Positions 1-8,835 of a stretch of 38,219 nucleotides of DNA are shown here, piece by piece (positions within the stretch are counted from its first letter, which is position 1; the number at the start of each line of letters is the position of its first letter). The stretch is from an uncultured Kiloniellales bacterium. GTDB taxonomy: Bacteria; Actinomycetota; Acidimicrobiia; Spongiisociales; UBA5794. The notes under the pieces are model-generated. The model was not told the DNA's origin. It saw nothing but the letters and a program-made list of their open reading frames with translations, and searched no databases. The translations under genes were made by a program, and so were the position numbers. The DNA is taken from positions 1 through 38,219 of the forward strand of contig CAXMPL010000060.1 of NCBI GenBank assembly GCA_964195125.1, given 5' to 3'.

Positions 1-1679
1 AGGACTCTCGTCGAGGTCACGGTGAACCCGTCCCTGCCGCTGACCGTCCGTCTCTCCTGGCCGGGGGCGAGATCGAAGAATTCCCCGCCGCCGGACTCGA
101 CATCCGCGACGTAGACCGTCTCGTACTCCCTGACGCTGCCGCGTTCCGACAGTTCGGCGTCGCAGGAAAGGCCGCCGTTGTTGCCATAGATGCGCACCGT
201 GATTGTGCTGCTGGTGTACGACGTCCTGACCACGAACGGCGCCTCTGAGTGATTGCCGATCTTTACATCGGGGTTGGGGAAGCCAAGCGTTGCTTCGCGG
301 CCCTCGGGGTAGCGGGTGAAGTACAGCGAATGCGGCCGGTGCTCGACGTCCTCGTAGCAGGCGAAGAAACCTGCGTTGTACATCGTGGTGGCGAACTGGC
401 TGACTCCACCACCGACGTTTGCCGGGTGCCCCTCGCAGATGATGGCGCCGGCGACGATGGCGCAGTCTTCCAGGTAGCCCTTTTCCTCGGTGCGGCGGCC
501 AGCGAGCTCGTTGATCGAGAACACCTCACCGGGGAGGGTGACCGCGTTGTCGACGGCGTCGGCGATGAGATGGATGTTGTGCACCCGGTTGGTACCAGGA
601 GTGTTGGTCGTGAACTTGCTGACCAGGTGCACCGGCCCGTACGCCTCGGCGTCCGCCGTAGAGAAAGACGGCGGATCAGCGTCGGCCACAGGAAACGGCC
701 CCGTGCCCGACCCGAGCCCGGCGGCGAGCAATGCGTCGGCGACGGCCGCAGCGTCGAGTTTCGTTCCAAACCGGGATGGGACGATGCGCACCGCGTCGGT
801 CTCGATGTTCACGGCATATGACGCCTCCACCGGAGGGAGCTCAAATGACGCGCGGTGCGGGTCGAGGATCTCGATGATCACGTCCTGGTCGAGGGTGACG
901 ACGATCTCCGCCGGCGAGTCGTGAACCTCGGTGCCGATGGCCCTGGCGATGTCCGCAGCAGGGAACGTCACCGAGAACCCGATGTCGCTATTGGTCAGGG
1001 TGACATCCGAGTCGATCGCCCTGCGAACCTGAGCAGCGGCGCCATCGACGTCGGAATCGGTGATAACCGGGATCGAGGACACCACAGGAAGAACCGTCAG
1101 CGTCCGATCCAGGGTGGTGACGCTGTCGAACACCAGCACCGCGCTGAGGGACTCCTCCAGCATCTCGCCGGCCTTGGGATATTGGGAGACCACCTCGCCA
1201 TCGACCACTTCGACCGAGCCCTCGAACGCCGGATTGGGGATTGCGGTGATTCCCCACGCGACCAGCTGGTCGTCCACTGCGTCGTCGTCGACGGCGGCCG
1301 GCAGGGGGATGACGATCGGGTCGGAAAAGCCTCCGAGCCATGACCAGAAACGGGAGAAGGCACCGCCGTCGCGTCGTTGCGCCATCGCCTCGGTTACGGC
1401 CGCCTCCTCGTCGATCTCGAGCTCGATCGAGGAGGGCTCGAGTTGGAAGGTCCTCTGATTGACCTTGAACTCCGCCGGTGTGGTCCTCAGTTCGTGCTCA
1501 TATGCCTGCACGGTGAGGATGGCGTCGTCATAGGAAAGGCCACTGACATCGACCTCACCGACGCTGACATTGCGCGCGATCTCGCCGTCGGCAACCGACT
1601 CGTCGACCCAGAACACGCCGACGGGAAGGAGGAGGAGGGCGATCGGCACCAGGGCGAAAAGGGCGACGCGTGGCTTCAG
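1..1679 (-). CDS. VanW-family protein, paralog 1; 3' end runs off the window, start is CTG 1679 or GTG 1649
   Basis: Hand translation of the reverse frame. N-terminus LKPRVALFALVPIALLLLPVGVFWVDESVADGEIARNVSV aligns with the N-terminus of the 1780..3741 protein. Positions 539->1 read TLPGEVFSINELAGRRTEEKGYLEDCAIVAG..GGGVSQFATTMYNAGFFACY..RYPEGREATLGFP..ITVRIYGNNGG..GFTVTSTRV, which is the VanW core. An in-frame stop lies upstream at 1740-1742. There is no ATG; CTG 1679 has GGAG 7 nt upstream. It is absent from the ORF track because it has no stop inside the window. Confidence 0.8.
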   Translation of the reverse strand, partial: MKPRVALFALVPIALLLLPVGVFWVDESVADGEIARNVSVGEVDVSGLSYDDAILTVQAYEHELRTTPAEFKVNQRTFQLEPSSIELEIDEEAAVTEAMAQRRDGGAFSRFWSWLGGFSDPIVIPLPAAVDDDAVDDQLVAWGITAIPNPAFEGSVEVVDGEVVSQYPKAGEMLEESLSAVLVFDSVTTLDRTLTVLPVVSSIPVITDSDVDGAAAQVRRAIDSDVTLTNSDIGFSVTFPAADIARAIGTEVHDSPAEIVVTLDQDVIIEILDPHRASFELPPVEASYAVNIETDAVRIVPSRFGTKLDAAAVADALLAAGLGSGTGPFPVADADPPSFSTADAEAYGPVHLVSKFTTNTPGTNRVHNIHLIADAVDNAVTLPGEVFSINELAGRRTEEKGYLEDCAIVAGAIICEGHPANVGGGVSQFATTMYNAGFFACYEDVEHRPHSLYFTRYPEGREATLGFPNPDVKIGNHSEAPFVVRTSYTSSTITVRIYGNNGGLSCDAELSERGSVREYETVYVADVESGGGEFFDLAPGQERRTVSGRDGFTVTSTRV

Positions 1680-1740
1680 GGGACAGCTCCAGGAGTGGGT
1701 GGTTCGGCAGTCAGGGTACCGGGAGGGGTTGATAAGGAGT

Positions 1741-1768
1741 CACAAGTCACAAGACGCAAGTCGCAAGT
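1741..1768. repeat. Heptanucleotide tandem repeat CACAAGT CACAAGA CGCAAGT CGCAAGT (4 units)
   Basis: Read directly. It lies in the 100-nt gap between the two VanW paralogs, about 11 nt downstream of the TAA stop (1780-1782) of the upstream gene. Confidence 0.85.
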
Positions 1769-1779
1769 GTGGTCAGCTG

Positions 1780-3741
1780 TTACTCGCCGACGGTGAGGCT
1801 GATGGTCGTACCAGCCGGTTGAAAGCCGCCCGGCGATGCGGAGATGACCTTGCCAACGTTGTTTTCGTCTGGAACGTAGCTCAGGCTCCACAAGAAACCT
1901 GCTGCGTCCAATGCTGCGGTCGCCGATCCAACGTCGAGTCCAGCGACGCCGGGCACTTGGATCGGGCACTCGATGGAGCTGTCGAGGTCGCATGGGTGCT
2001 TTTCGATCTTGCGCAGGGCTCCTCTGTAGTGGTGGGTATACGGCTCCCGAATCACCGTCCCGTCTGGCATCGTCATCACTCTGGTCACGGTGACGCTGAA
2101 CCCGCCCGATCCGTTGCTGACGAGCTTTTCCGTCCCCGGGTCGATGTCAGGGTTGGCCTCGTACACCAAGCGTGCGCTGGAGTGACTGAAGCGGCCGCTC
2201 TTCTCCGCGGTGCACACCCGACCGCCGTTGTTGCCATAGAACTTGACGGTGATGGTGCGGTTGCCGTCGTAGGAGTTTCTGATGATCACCGGCGCCTCTG
2301 TGTCGTTGCCGAAGCGCACATCGGGGGCGGGGAAACCGAGAGTTGCCTCGCGACCCTCCGGATATCGCGATATGGCCAGGCTGTGCGGCGTGTGATCGAG
2401 GTCCGCGTAGCAGCCGAAAAAGATGGCGTTGTAGATCGTCGTCCCGTACTGGCTGACCCCGCCGCCGATGTTGGCAGGTTTGTTGCAGCAGGTGACCTCG
2501 CCGGCGATGATGGCCCCGTCGCGCAGGTATCCCTTCTCCAGGGTCCGTTGCCCGATGAAGTCGTTGATCGAGAACTCCTCACCAGGCCAAACCACGTACC
2601 CGTCGATGGTGTCGGCCATGAGGTGGATGTTGCGCACCCGGTTGACCCCAGGAGTGTTGGTGGTGAACTCGGAGACGAGCCCGAGCGGCCCGAACGCTTC
2701 CGCGTCCTCGGTCGAGTACTCGGGTTCCACTCCTTCCATGTAGGGGAGCGGGCGAGCGAAGCCGGTCATGGCCGCCAGCAGCAGGGCGTCGGTGGCAACC
2801 TGGGGATCGACCGTCTTTCCTTTCTGTGAGGGGATGATCGCAACGGTGTCGGTCTCGATGTCGACGTCGAAAGAGACGTTCACCGGCGGGATGTCGAGTG
2901 CTTCGCGCTGGGCGGCCAGGTAGCCGGCCACTACCTGCTCGCTCAGCGATAGCTCGATGGTGGCGTCCGAGGTGTGCACGATGTCGACTCGAACCGCGTT
3001 GGCGAGCTGGGCCCTGGTGAGGAAGAACCTCACGTTGCGACCGATGTCGATCAGGACCGGTGGCTGCGACAGCATCCGATTGATGGTTGCGACTGTGTCG
3101 TCGATGTCCGCCTCGGTGAGGGTCGGCGTCGACTCGATGAGCGCCAGCGTCGCAGCCGACCGGTCGGACAAGGCCAGCTGGGTGGCGATGACCCGCCGGG
3201 CAGCGGTCCGGTCGATGGCCACTCCGACCGTCGGGTACTGGAAGGTGACCTCGCCCTCGACGATGCTGACCGCTCCCTCGTAGGCTGGGTTCTCAATCGC
3301 CAGGCGTTCCCACGCGACGAGCACCTCGTCGACGGCGTTGGGGTCGACCGACCAGGCCAGGTCGATGTCGATGTGGCTGCCGAAGCTCTGCACCCAAGGA
3401 ATGAACCCGGCAACAAAACCGAACTTGCGTTGCGTGAGAGCGGTCTCGAGAGCCTCGTCGATGTCCGCCTCCAGCTCAACTTGATCGGGATCCAGCTCGA
3501 AGAGGGCGCCCTCGACGACGAATGTCGCCTTGGCCTTTTGCAGCCGCTGTTCATACGCCTCGATCCGAGCTCGGGCTTCCTCGGGAGTTGTACTGCCGAT
3601 TTCGACACCGGCCACCGACACATTGCGAGCGACGCTGTCGGAGGCGACGGCCCGATCTATCCCGTACACCGCAATCGGTAGCAGAACGAGCAGGATGATT
3701 GGGATGACAGCGAAGAGGGAGAGGCGAACGGCGCGGGGCAT
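1780..3741 (-). CDS. VanW-family protein with N-terminal membrane anchor and C-terminal PASTA domain, paralog 2
   Basis: 653-aa ORF. Hydrophobic anchor LSLFAVIPIILLVLLPIAVYGI. VanW core WPGEEFSINDFIGQRTLEKGYLRDGAIIAG...GGGVSQYGTTIYNAIFFGCY...RYPEGREATLGFP...TVKFYGNNGG. The last ~65 aa (VPGVAGLDVGSATAALDAAGFLWSLSYVPDENNVGKVISASPGGFQPAGTTISLTVGE) look like a PASTA fold. Confidence 0.88.
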   Translation of the reverse strand: MPRAVRLSLFAVIPIILLVLLPIAVYGIDRAVASDSVARNVSVAGVEIGSTTPEEARARIEAYEQRLQKAKATFVVEGALFELDPDQVELEADIDEALETALTQRKFGFVAGFIPWVQSFGSHIDIDLAWSVDPNAVDEVLVAWERLAIENPAYEGAVSIVEGEVTFQYPTVGVAIDRTAARRVIATQLALSDRSAATLALIESTPTLTEADIDDTVATINRMLSQPPVLIDIGRNVRFFLTRAQLANAVRVDIVHTSDATIELSLSEQVVAGYLAAQREALDIPPVNVSFDVDIETDTVAIIPSQKGKTVDPQVATDALLLAAMTGFARPLPYMEGVEPEYSTEDAEAFGPLGLVSEFTTNTPGVNRVRNIHLMADTIDGYVVWPGEEFSINDFIGQRTLEKGYLRDGAIIAGEVTCCNKPANIGGGVSQYGTTIYNAIFFGCYADLDHTPHSLAISRYPEGREATLGFPAPDVRFGNDTEAPVIIRNSYDGNRTITVKFYGNNGGRVCTAEKSGRFSHSSARLVYEANPDIDPGTEKLVSNGSGGFSVTVTRVMTMPDGTVIREPYTHHYRGALRKIEKHPCDLDSSIECPIQVPGVAGLDVGSATAALDAAGFLWSLSYVPDENNVGKVISASPGGFQPAGTTISLTVGE

Positions 3742-3855
3742 GAATCCTGGTGGTCGGGGACCACCGGAAGTATAGGAGTGACCTGAAGAAACGAACGTTT
3801 ATGGGATTGGGCGGAAAACCTTGTCACGCAAGCGTTTCCCGCATACCATCCGAGC

Positions 3856-4644
3856 GTGATCCCGCTCCCCACCATCGAAGACGGGGAGCCGCTGGCGGTG
3901 TCGGCGACGCTGTACAAGACGTACCTGGCGTGTCCACAGCAGGCCCTAGGGCGGCTCCACGGCGAGTATCCGGCAGATTCCCTCCCGGCTTTCAAGGGCT
4001 CACTCGCTCATCGCCTGTTCGCCCGCCATCTGACCAAGGGCCCGATCGATGATGTGCCGGCCGCCTGCCGGGAGGAGATCGGCGCCGGCAACATGAGCGT
4101 CAAGCTTCAGACACTCGGGATCGGCAAGCCGTCTGCCCTCGCTCCCGTCATTGCCGAGGTGGGCGATCTGTACTCCAGGTTCAAGCGATTCCCAACCGAC
4201 GGCTTCCGGTCGGCAGAGGTCATGCTCGAGGCCGAGCTCGATGGTCAGGTCAGGCTCGTAGGTGTGGTCGACGCCATTTTCGATGATGAGGCAGGGACCC
4301 GCATCGTCGACTGGAAGACCGGCGGGTTCATCGACGACACCGATGGGCAGCTCGACTTCTACATCTATGCCTGGACCCAGCAGTTCGGCGAGCTGCCGGC
4401 GATCGCTGAAGCGGTGTCGGTCAAGACGGGGGAGCGCTCGAGCGTCGAGCCCACCGTCGAGCGAGCAACCGGGACCGCGATCGCCGTCGCCGAGATGGTG
4501 AACACGCTGCGACAGGCGCTCAGCGACGAAAGCGAGCTCGAGCGACGCGGTGGACCGTACTGCCGCTGGTGCCCGCTGCTCGACACGTGCGCCGAGGGGA
4601 CCGCGGCCACCGCAATCACGGTTCTCAGATCGAGACAGAACTGA
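3856..4644 (+). CDS. PD-(D/E)XK nuclease superfamily protein, Cas4/RecB-like with 4-Cys Fe-S signature
   Basis: 262-aa ORF with a GTG start. Nuclease motif VVDAIFDD...RIVDWKTG (D...D/ExK). One N-terminal Cys (YLACPQQA) plus C-terminal CRWCPLLDTC gives the Cas4/AddB-type four-cysteine arrangement. Confidence 0.75.
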   Translation: MIPLPTIEDGEPLAVSATLYKTYLACPQQALGRLHGEYPADSLPAFKGSLAHRLFARHLTKGPIDDVPAACREEIGAGNMSVKLQTLGIGKPSALAPVIAEVGDLYSRFKRFPTDGFRSAEVMLEAELDGQVRLVGVVDAIFDDEAGTRIVDWKTGGFIDDTDGQLDFYIYAWTQQFGELPAIAEAVSVKTGERSSVEPTVERATGTAIAVAEMVNTLRQALSDESELERRGGPYCRWCPLLDTCAEGTAATAITVLRSRQN

Positions 4645-4704
4645 CAACAGCCAAGAGGTTCCGCATCGCGCTATGTCACTGATCGCGCCTGCTTAACTCG
4701 CCCG

Positions 4705-5556
4705 ATGCCCCGCACACTTCTGGCGTTCCACGCCCATCCCGATGACGAGTCGAGCAAGGGAGCTGGCACGGTAGCGCGCTACAGCGACGCCGGAGTGCGC
4801 ACAGTGCTGGTCACAGCCACCGGGGGAGAGGCCGGCGACGTTCTCAACCCGGCTGCCGACAGCGAAGAGGCGCGCCGCGACATCGGGGCAGTCCGGCGAC
4901 GGGAACTGTTCGAGGCTGCCGCCGTTCTCGGGTTCGCCGATGTCATCATGCTCGGATATCGAGACTCCGGGATGCCCGATACGCCCCCAAACTCCCACGC
5001 GGACGCCTTCATCAACGCCGACATCGATGAGGTCCTGGAGCGTCTGGTGGCGATCGTCCGCTCCGAGCAGCCACAGGTGATGCTCGGCTACGACGACCAC
5101 GAGTGGTACCCGCACCCAGACCATCTCCGGGTCCACGAGCTTTCGGTCCCCGTGTTCGAGGCTGCGGCGGACCCCGAGCGGTACCCGGATGCAGGTGAGC
5201 CGTGGGAGATCGCCAAACTGTACGCGCCGACCTTTTCCAAGTCGAGGCTGCAGATCCTGCATGCGGCGATGGGAGAGCGAGGTCTGAGCTCGCCATACGG
5301 CGAATGGTTGGAGCGGCTCCCCCCGCTGGATGAGGACGAGGTCATCGACGCCAGGGTCGACGTCGGTGCCTACATCGGGCGAGCTCGCACTGCGCTCACC
5401 GCCCACCGCACCCAAATCGCCCCAGACGGTCCCTGGTTCCAGATACCCACCGATCTCATCAGGGAGGTCTACCCGTATGAGGACTTTGAGCTGTTGGCGA
5501 GCCGGGTCGAGCACGCTCCCGGCGTTGGGGATCTGTTCGATGGAGTAGGTGAGTAG
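4705..5556 (+). CDS. mca: Mycothiol S-conjugate amidase (LmbE/PIG-L deacetylase family)
   Basis: 283 aa. AHPDDES metal motif. Blocks YPHPDHLRVHE, ERGLSSPYGEWL and AHRTQIAPDGPWFQIPTDLIREVYPYEDFEL match remembered Mca sequences better than MshB. Confidence 0.85.
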   Translation: MPRTLLAFHAHPDDESSKGAGTVARYSDAGVRTVLVTATGGEAGDVLNPAADSEEARRDIGAVRRRELFEAAAVLGFADVIMLGYRDSGMPDTPPNSHADAFINADIDEVLERLVAIVRSEQPQVMLGYDDHEWYPHPDHLRVHELSVPVFEAAADPERYPDAGEPWEIAKLYAPTFSKSRLQILHAAMGERGLSSPYGEWLERLPPLDEDEVIDARVDVGAYIGRARTALTAHRTQIAPDGPWFQIPTDLIREVYPYEDFELLASRVEHAPGVGDLFDGVGE

Positions 5557-5577
5557 CTCGCTTCGCTTTTTGAAAAC

Positions 5578-5598
5578 CGCGACTCGCCACTCGCAAGA
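5578..5598. repeat. Heptanucleotide tandem repeat CGCGACT CGCCACT CGCAAGA (3 units)
   Basis: Read directly in the mca to GTPase gap. It ends ...CGCAAGATGTGGTGA, similar to the 1741 repeat, which ends ...CGCAAGTGTGGTCA. Confidence 0.6.
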
Positions 5599-5643
5599 TG
5601 TGGTGACACGTCGTCGACGGCGTCTGTGTTCTAATACGGTGCC

Positions 5644-6942
5644 ATGAGCACGCCAGCTGCAGATCACCTGTCCGATCTTCTCGACGAGATCGATCCGGAG
5701 ATCGCCGAACCGGCGATCGATCCGTTGCAGCGGCTCGTCACCGGATTGTCGAACTCACCGAACCTGGTCGTTACGCTGGTCGGTCCGACAGGGACTGGGA
5801 AGTCTGCTCTGTTCAACGTCCTTGCCGGTGCCGAAATCGCTACGGTCGGGGCGCTGCGCCCGACCACCACGGATGCCGAGGTATGGCCGATCGGGTCGCG
5901 AGGACTCGTGCTGATTGACACCCCTCCTTACGAGCTCGATCCCGACGCGGTGCGTCATGCCCTCGATCGAACCGACCTGGCGGTCGTCGTGGTGACCCCG
6001 GACCGCTACGCCGACGCCATTGTGCGCGATCTCACCAAGGAGCTGGAGCGGCGTGGGGTCCCCACGGTTGTTGCGCTGAACCGTGTGCCGGACGATCCGA
6101 CCGTCGCTGCCGCGATCACCGTGGACGCGATCGGCACCCTCGAAGGCGAGCTCACCATCGTTCCCGAATCCGCGACGGGTACTGTGGATGGATCCATGCT
6201 CCGAGATCGAATTGCCAACCTGGGGCGATCGGACATCGTCTCCAGGCGAGACCTCGGAGCCGCCGTCTTCGTCGAGGACCAAGTGGAGAGGATCGCCCGG
6301 TTGGTCGAGGATCGCGATCGCACCCTGGAACAAGTTATCGAGGCCGCGGAACGCTCCTTCGCCGATGCCCGCATCGACAGGGCTCGCCTTGCCGCCGCGG
6401 CAAGACTCGCCTGGCCGTTGGCGCTCAACACGCTGCTTGACACGGTTGCGACGACGACGGCGCGAGCGATGGAGGCCGTGGTCAGAGTCAAGGACTTAGA
6501 TCCACGGTTTGAGAAAATCGCCAAGCAGGCCGCCGATGCCGCCGGTCCGCTGGACGCGGCCCCGTTGGAGGAGTGGCAGCGCGTAATTACCGAGGAGGCG
6601 GTGGCCAGGGTCCAGAAGCCGGCACTGCATCCTTTTCGGCGGAGGGCCGTCGAGAAGGGCGTGTGGCGGTTGGCAGCAGATCTCGGCATGCTTCCCGATC
6701 GACGGATTCGAGCGGCGCTCGGCGATGAAGTCGCCGAGCTGCGTGTCGCCGGCAACCATGCGTTGACCCTGGCTCTGCGTGACGTGGCAGAGGATCGCAT
6801 CGAACGGTTCATGACCGCGCTGGGGAATCCGTCTCCGGTGTCCGCCGACGAGCTCCGTTCGGCTGGTTCGAGGCTGCGTTCCGAGACCGACACACGGGTC
6901 AATGCCCGCTCGAGTCCAGGAAGGAACGCCACCGATGGCTGA
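5644..6942 (+). CDS. P-loop GTPase (MMR_HSR1/dynamin-like G domain) with long alpha-helical C-terminal region, member 1 of a tandem pair
   Basis: 432 aa. G1 is GPTGTGKS, G3 is DTPP, G4-like is NRVPD. The Ala/Arg/Glu-rich C-terminal ~270 aa has no recognisable motif. Confidence 0.75.
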   Translation: MSTPAADHLSDLLDEIDPEIAEPAIDPLQRLVTGLSNSPNLVVTLVGPTGTGKSALFNVLAGAEIATVGALRPTTTDAEVWPIGSRGLVLIDTPPYELDPDAVRHALDRTDLAVVVVTPDRYADAIVRDLTKELERRGVPTVVALNRVPDDPTVAAAITVDAIGTLEGELTIVPESATGTVDGSMLRDRIANLGRSDIVSRRDLGAAVFVEDQVERIARLVEDRDRTLEQVIEAAERSFADARIDRARLAAAARLAWPLALNTLLDTVATTTARAMEAVVRVKDLDPRFEKIAKQAADAAGPLDAAPLEEWQRVITEEAVARVQKPALHPFRRRAVEKGVWRLAADLGMLPDRRIRAALGDEVAELRVAGNHALTLALRDVAEDRIERFMTALGNPSPVSADELRSAGSRLRSETDTRVNARSSPGRNATDG

Positions 6943-7993
6943 CGTCGGCGAGCTCGTTGATCTGCTGGACCTGGCGGTGGCCGCCGCCGCCGGCGTATCG
7001 ACGCCTGCTGATCGACAAGCGGCGGCGACGATTGCCGCCGCTCAGCGCAGGCGGCGGGACTATCTCGGCGCTGCCATCGTGGTCGCTATTGCAGGGGGAA
7101 CCGGGTCAGGCAAGTCGAGCCTGCTCAACGCCCTGGCCGGGGAGGAAGTCGCTTCGACCAGCCCGATCCGACCACACACGAACGAGCCGATGGCGTGGGC
7201 TCCATCCGGCGACGACACGATGCGGGCCCTCCTCGAGTCGATGGGCATCTCATCGATAGTCGACAATTCATCGTTGTCGTCGGTCGCGCTCCTCGACCTG
7301 CCCGATCTCGACAGCATCGCCGATGACCATCGAGCAACGGTCGAGGAGCTGCTGCCCCACATCGACGCGGTCATCTGGGTGTTCGACCCGGTGAAATACA
7401 GCGACCCGACTCTGCATGATGACTTTCTTGCTCCACTCGTCGGCTATGAGGGCCAGTTCCTGTTCGCCCTGAACAAGGCCGACCTGCTGGAGAAGACAGA
7501 CGTGCAGGATGTCAATGCCGTCGACCTGATCACTGAGGATTTGATCAAGACCCTCACCAGCGATGGCTTCACCGATCCCGACCCGTTCGTTGTTGCCGCC
7601 GACCCGGCCTCCGGTCCTCCGACGGGCATCGACGAGCTACGCGACGCGCTCGACGACCGGCTGGCGTCGAAACACGCCGCCGCGGCCAAAATCATCGAGG
7701 ACATCGGCGCCGCAGCGAGGCTCCTGGGACGGGAGGCCGGGCTGTCGAGCGGAGCCGGCAGCGGGCATGCGGAGCAGATCGCCAAGAGCGCCAACGACAC
7801 CGCCTCGCTGTCCGGAACCCTGGACGAGCTGAACCTCGGCGAACCGACAACCGACCGCATACTCGCCGACCCCACAGATCGGACGGCTGTAGCGGCCGCC
7901 CTCCTCGAACGTGCCGAGCTCGCCGCCGTCATCGCCGCCATCGCCGTGGGCTGTGCGGAGCTGTCCGCTCAACTCGTGGCAAGTGCGACATGA
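6935..7993 (+). CDS. P-loop GTPase, member 2 of the tandem pair
   Basis: G1 is GGTGSGKSS, G3 is DLPD, G4 is NKAD. ATG 6935 overlaps the upstream stop (ATGGCTGA) and has AGGAAGGA 9 nt upstream. The track start at 6902 is the alternative. Confidence 0.75.
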   Translation: MADVGELVDLLDLAVAAAAGVSTPADRQAAATIAAAQRRRRDYLGAAIVVAIAGGTGSGKSSLLNALAGEEVASTSPIRPHTNEPMAWAPSGDDTMRALLESMGISSIVDNSSLSSVALLDLPDLDSIADDHRATVEELLPHIDAVIWVFDPVKYSDPTLHDDFLAPLVGYEGQFLFALNKADLLEKTDVQDVNAVDLITEDLIKTLTSDGFTDPDPFVVAADPASGPPTGIDELRDALDDRLASKHAAAAKIIEDIGAAARLLGREAGLSSGAGSGHAEQIAKSANDTASLSGTLDELNLGEPTTDRILADPTDRTAVAAALLERAELAAVIAAIAVGCAELSAQLVASAT

Positions 7994-8808
7994 TCTCCCC
8001 GGTGTCCGACTGGCCACAGTGGGCCCAAAACCTGCTCCTATCTGCGGCCGTCGTCGTCACAGCCGTGATCACCTGGCTCATACTCCGCTGGGTGATCGAT
8101 CGCTGGGTCCGCTCCAAATCGGCCACGCTGGCGAGTGGTGATGAGCTGAAAAACCGGGCGAAGGCGCAGCGGCTCCAGACGATCGCCGGGACCCTCGAGA
8201 CCCTCCTGGGCCTGCTGCTCGCCGGGGGTGCCATCGTGTACGTCATGCTGGCATGGGGGATCCCGATTGCTCCCCTGGTTGCCGGCGCCTCCGTCGTCGG
8301 TATCGCCATCGGCTTCGGCGCCCAGGACATCGTGAGGGACGTGATCGCCGGGTTCATGGTGCTCGTGGAGGACCAGTACGCCATCGGTGATGTGGTGGCG
8401 ATCGGTGGCGTCACCGGCACCGTTCAAGACATCGGTTTGCGCACGACCGTGCTGCGCGGTCTCGATGCGAGCATGCACCACGTTCCCAACGGGGAGGTCA
8501 GGGTTGCGACCAACCTCACCCCCGATTACAGCAAGGTGGTCATCGACATCGGCATCGCCTACGACTCCGATGTCGACGCAGCCATAGCCGCCATCGCCGA
8601 CGAAGCGGCGCGCTTCAGGGCAGATCCGGACTGGACCGACGCCCATGTGCAGGACCCCGAGATGCTTGGCGTCAACGCGCTTGGCCACTCATCGGTGGTG
8701 ATTCGCACCCTGTTCAGCACCGATCCCGAGCAGCGCTGGGCGGTCAAGCGAGAGTTTCTGCGCCGGCTGAAAAACCGCTTGGACGAAGAGGGTATCCGGG
8801 TTCCCTAG
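7990..8808 (+). CDS. Small-conductance mechanosensitive channel (MscS family)
   Basis: 272 aa with three N-terminal hydrophobic helices. The pore/beta-domain signature is GASVVGIAIGFGAQDIVRDVIAGFMVLVEDQYAIGDVV..GTV.DIGLRTT. The start ATGA overlaps the stop of GTPase 2. Confidence 0.88.
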   Translation: MISPVSDWPQWAQNLLLSAAVVVTAVITWLILRWVIDRWVRSKSATLASGDELKNRAKAQRLQTIAGTLETLLGLLLAGGAIVYVMLAWGIPIAPLVAGASVVGIAIGFGAQDIVRDVIAGFMVLVEDQYAIGDVVAIGGVTGTVQDIGLRTTVLRGLDASMHHVPNGEVRVATNLTPDYSKVVIDIGIAYDSDVDAAIAAIADEAARFRADPDWTDAHVQDPEMLGVNALGHSSVVIRTLFSTDPEQRWAVKREFLRRLKNRLDEEGIRVP

Positions 8809-8835
8809 CCCCCCGGCCTGGTTGTCCATCCGGGA

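Noticed and set aside
3746-3767. Hairpin GGTGGTC-GGGG-GACCACC just upstream of the VanW paralog 2 start, considered as a regulatory element.
   Set aside because: It is only a 7-bp stem with no recognisable riboswitch or attenuator context, so I cannot distinguish it from chance in GC-rich DNA.
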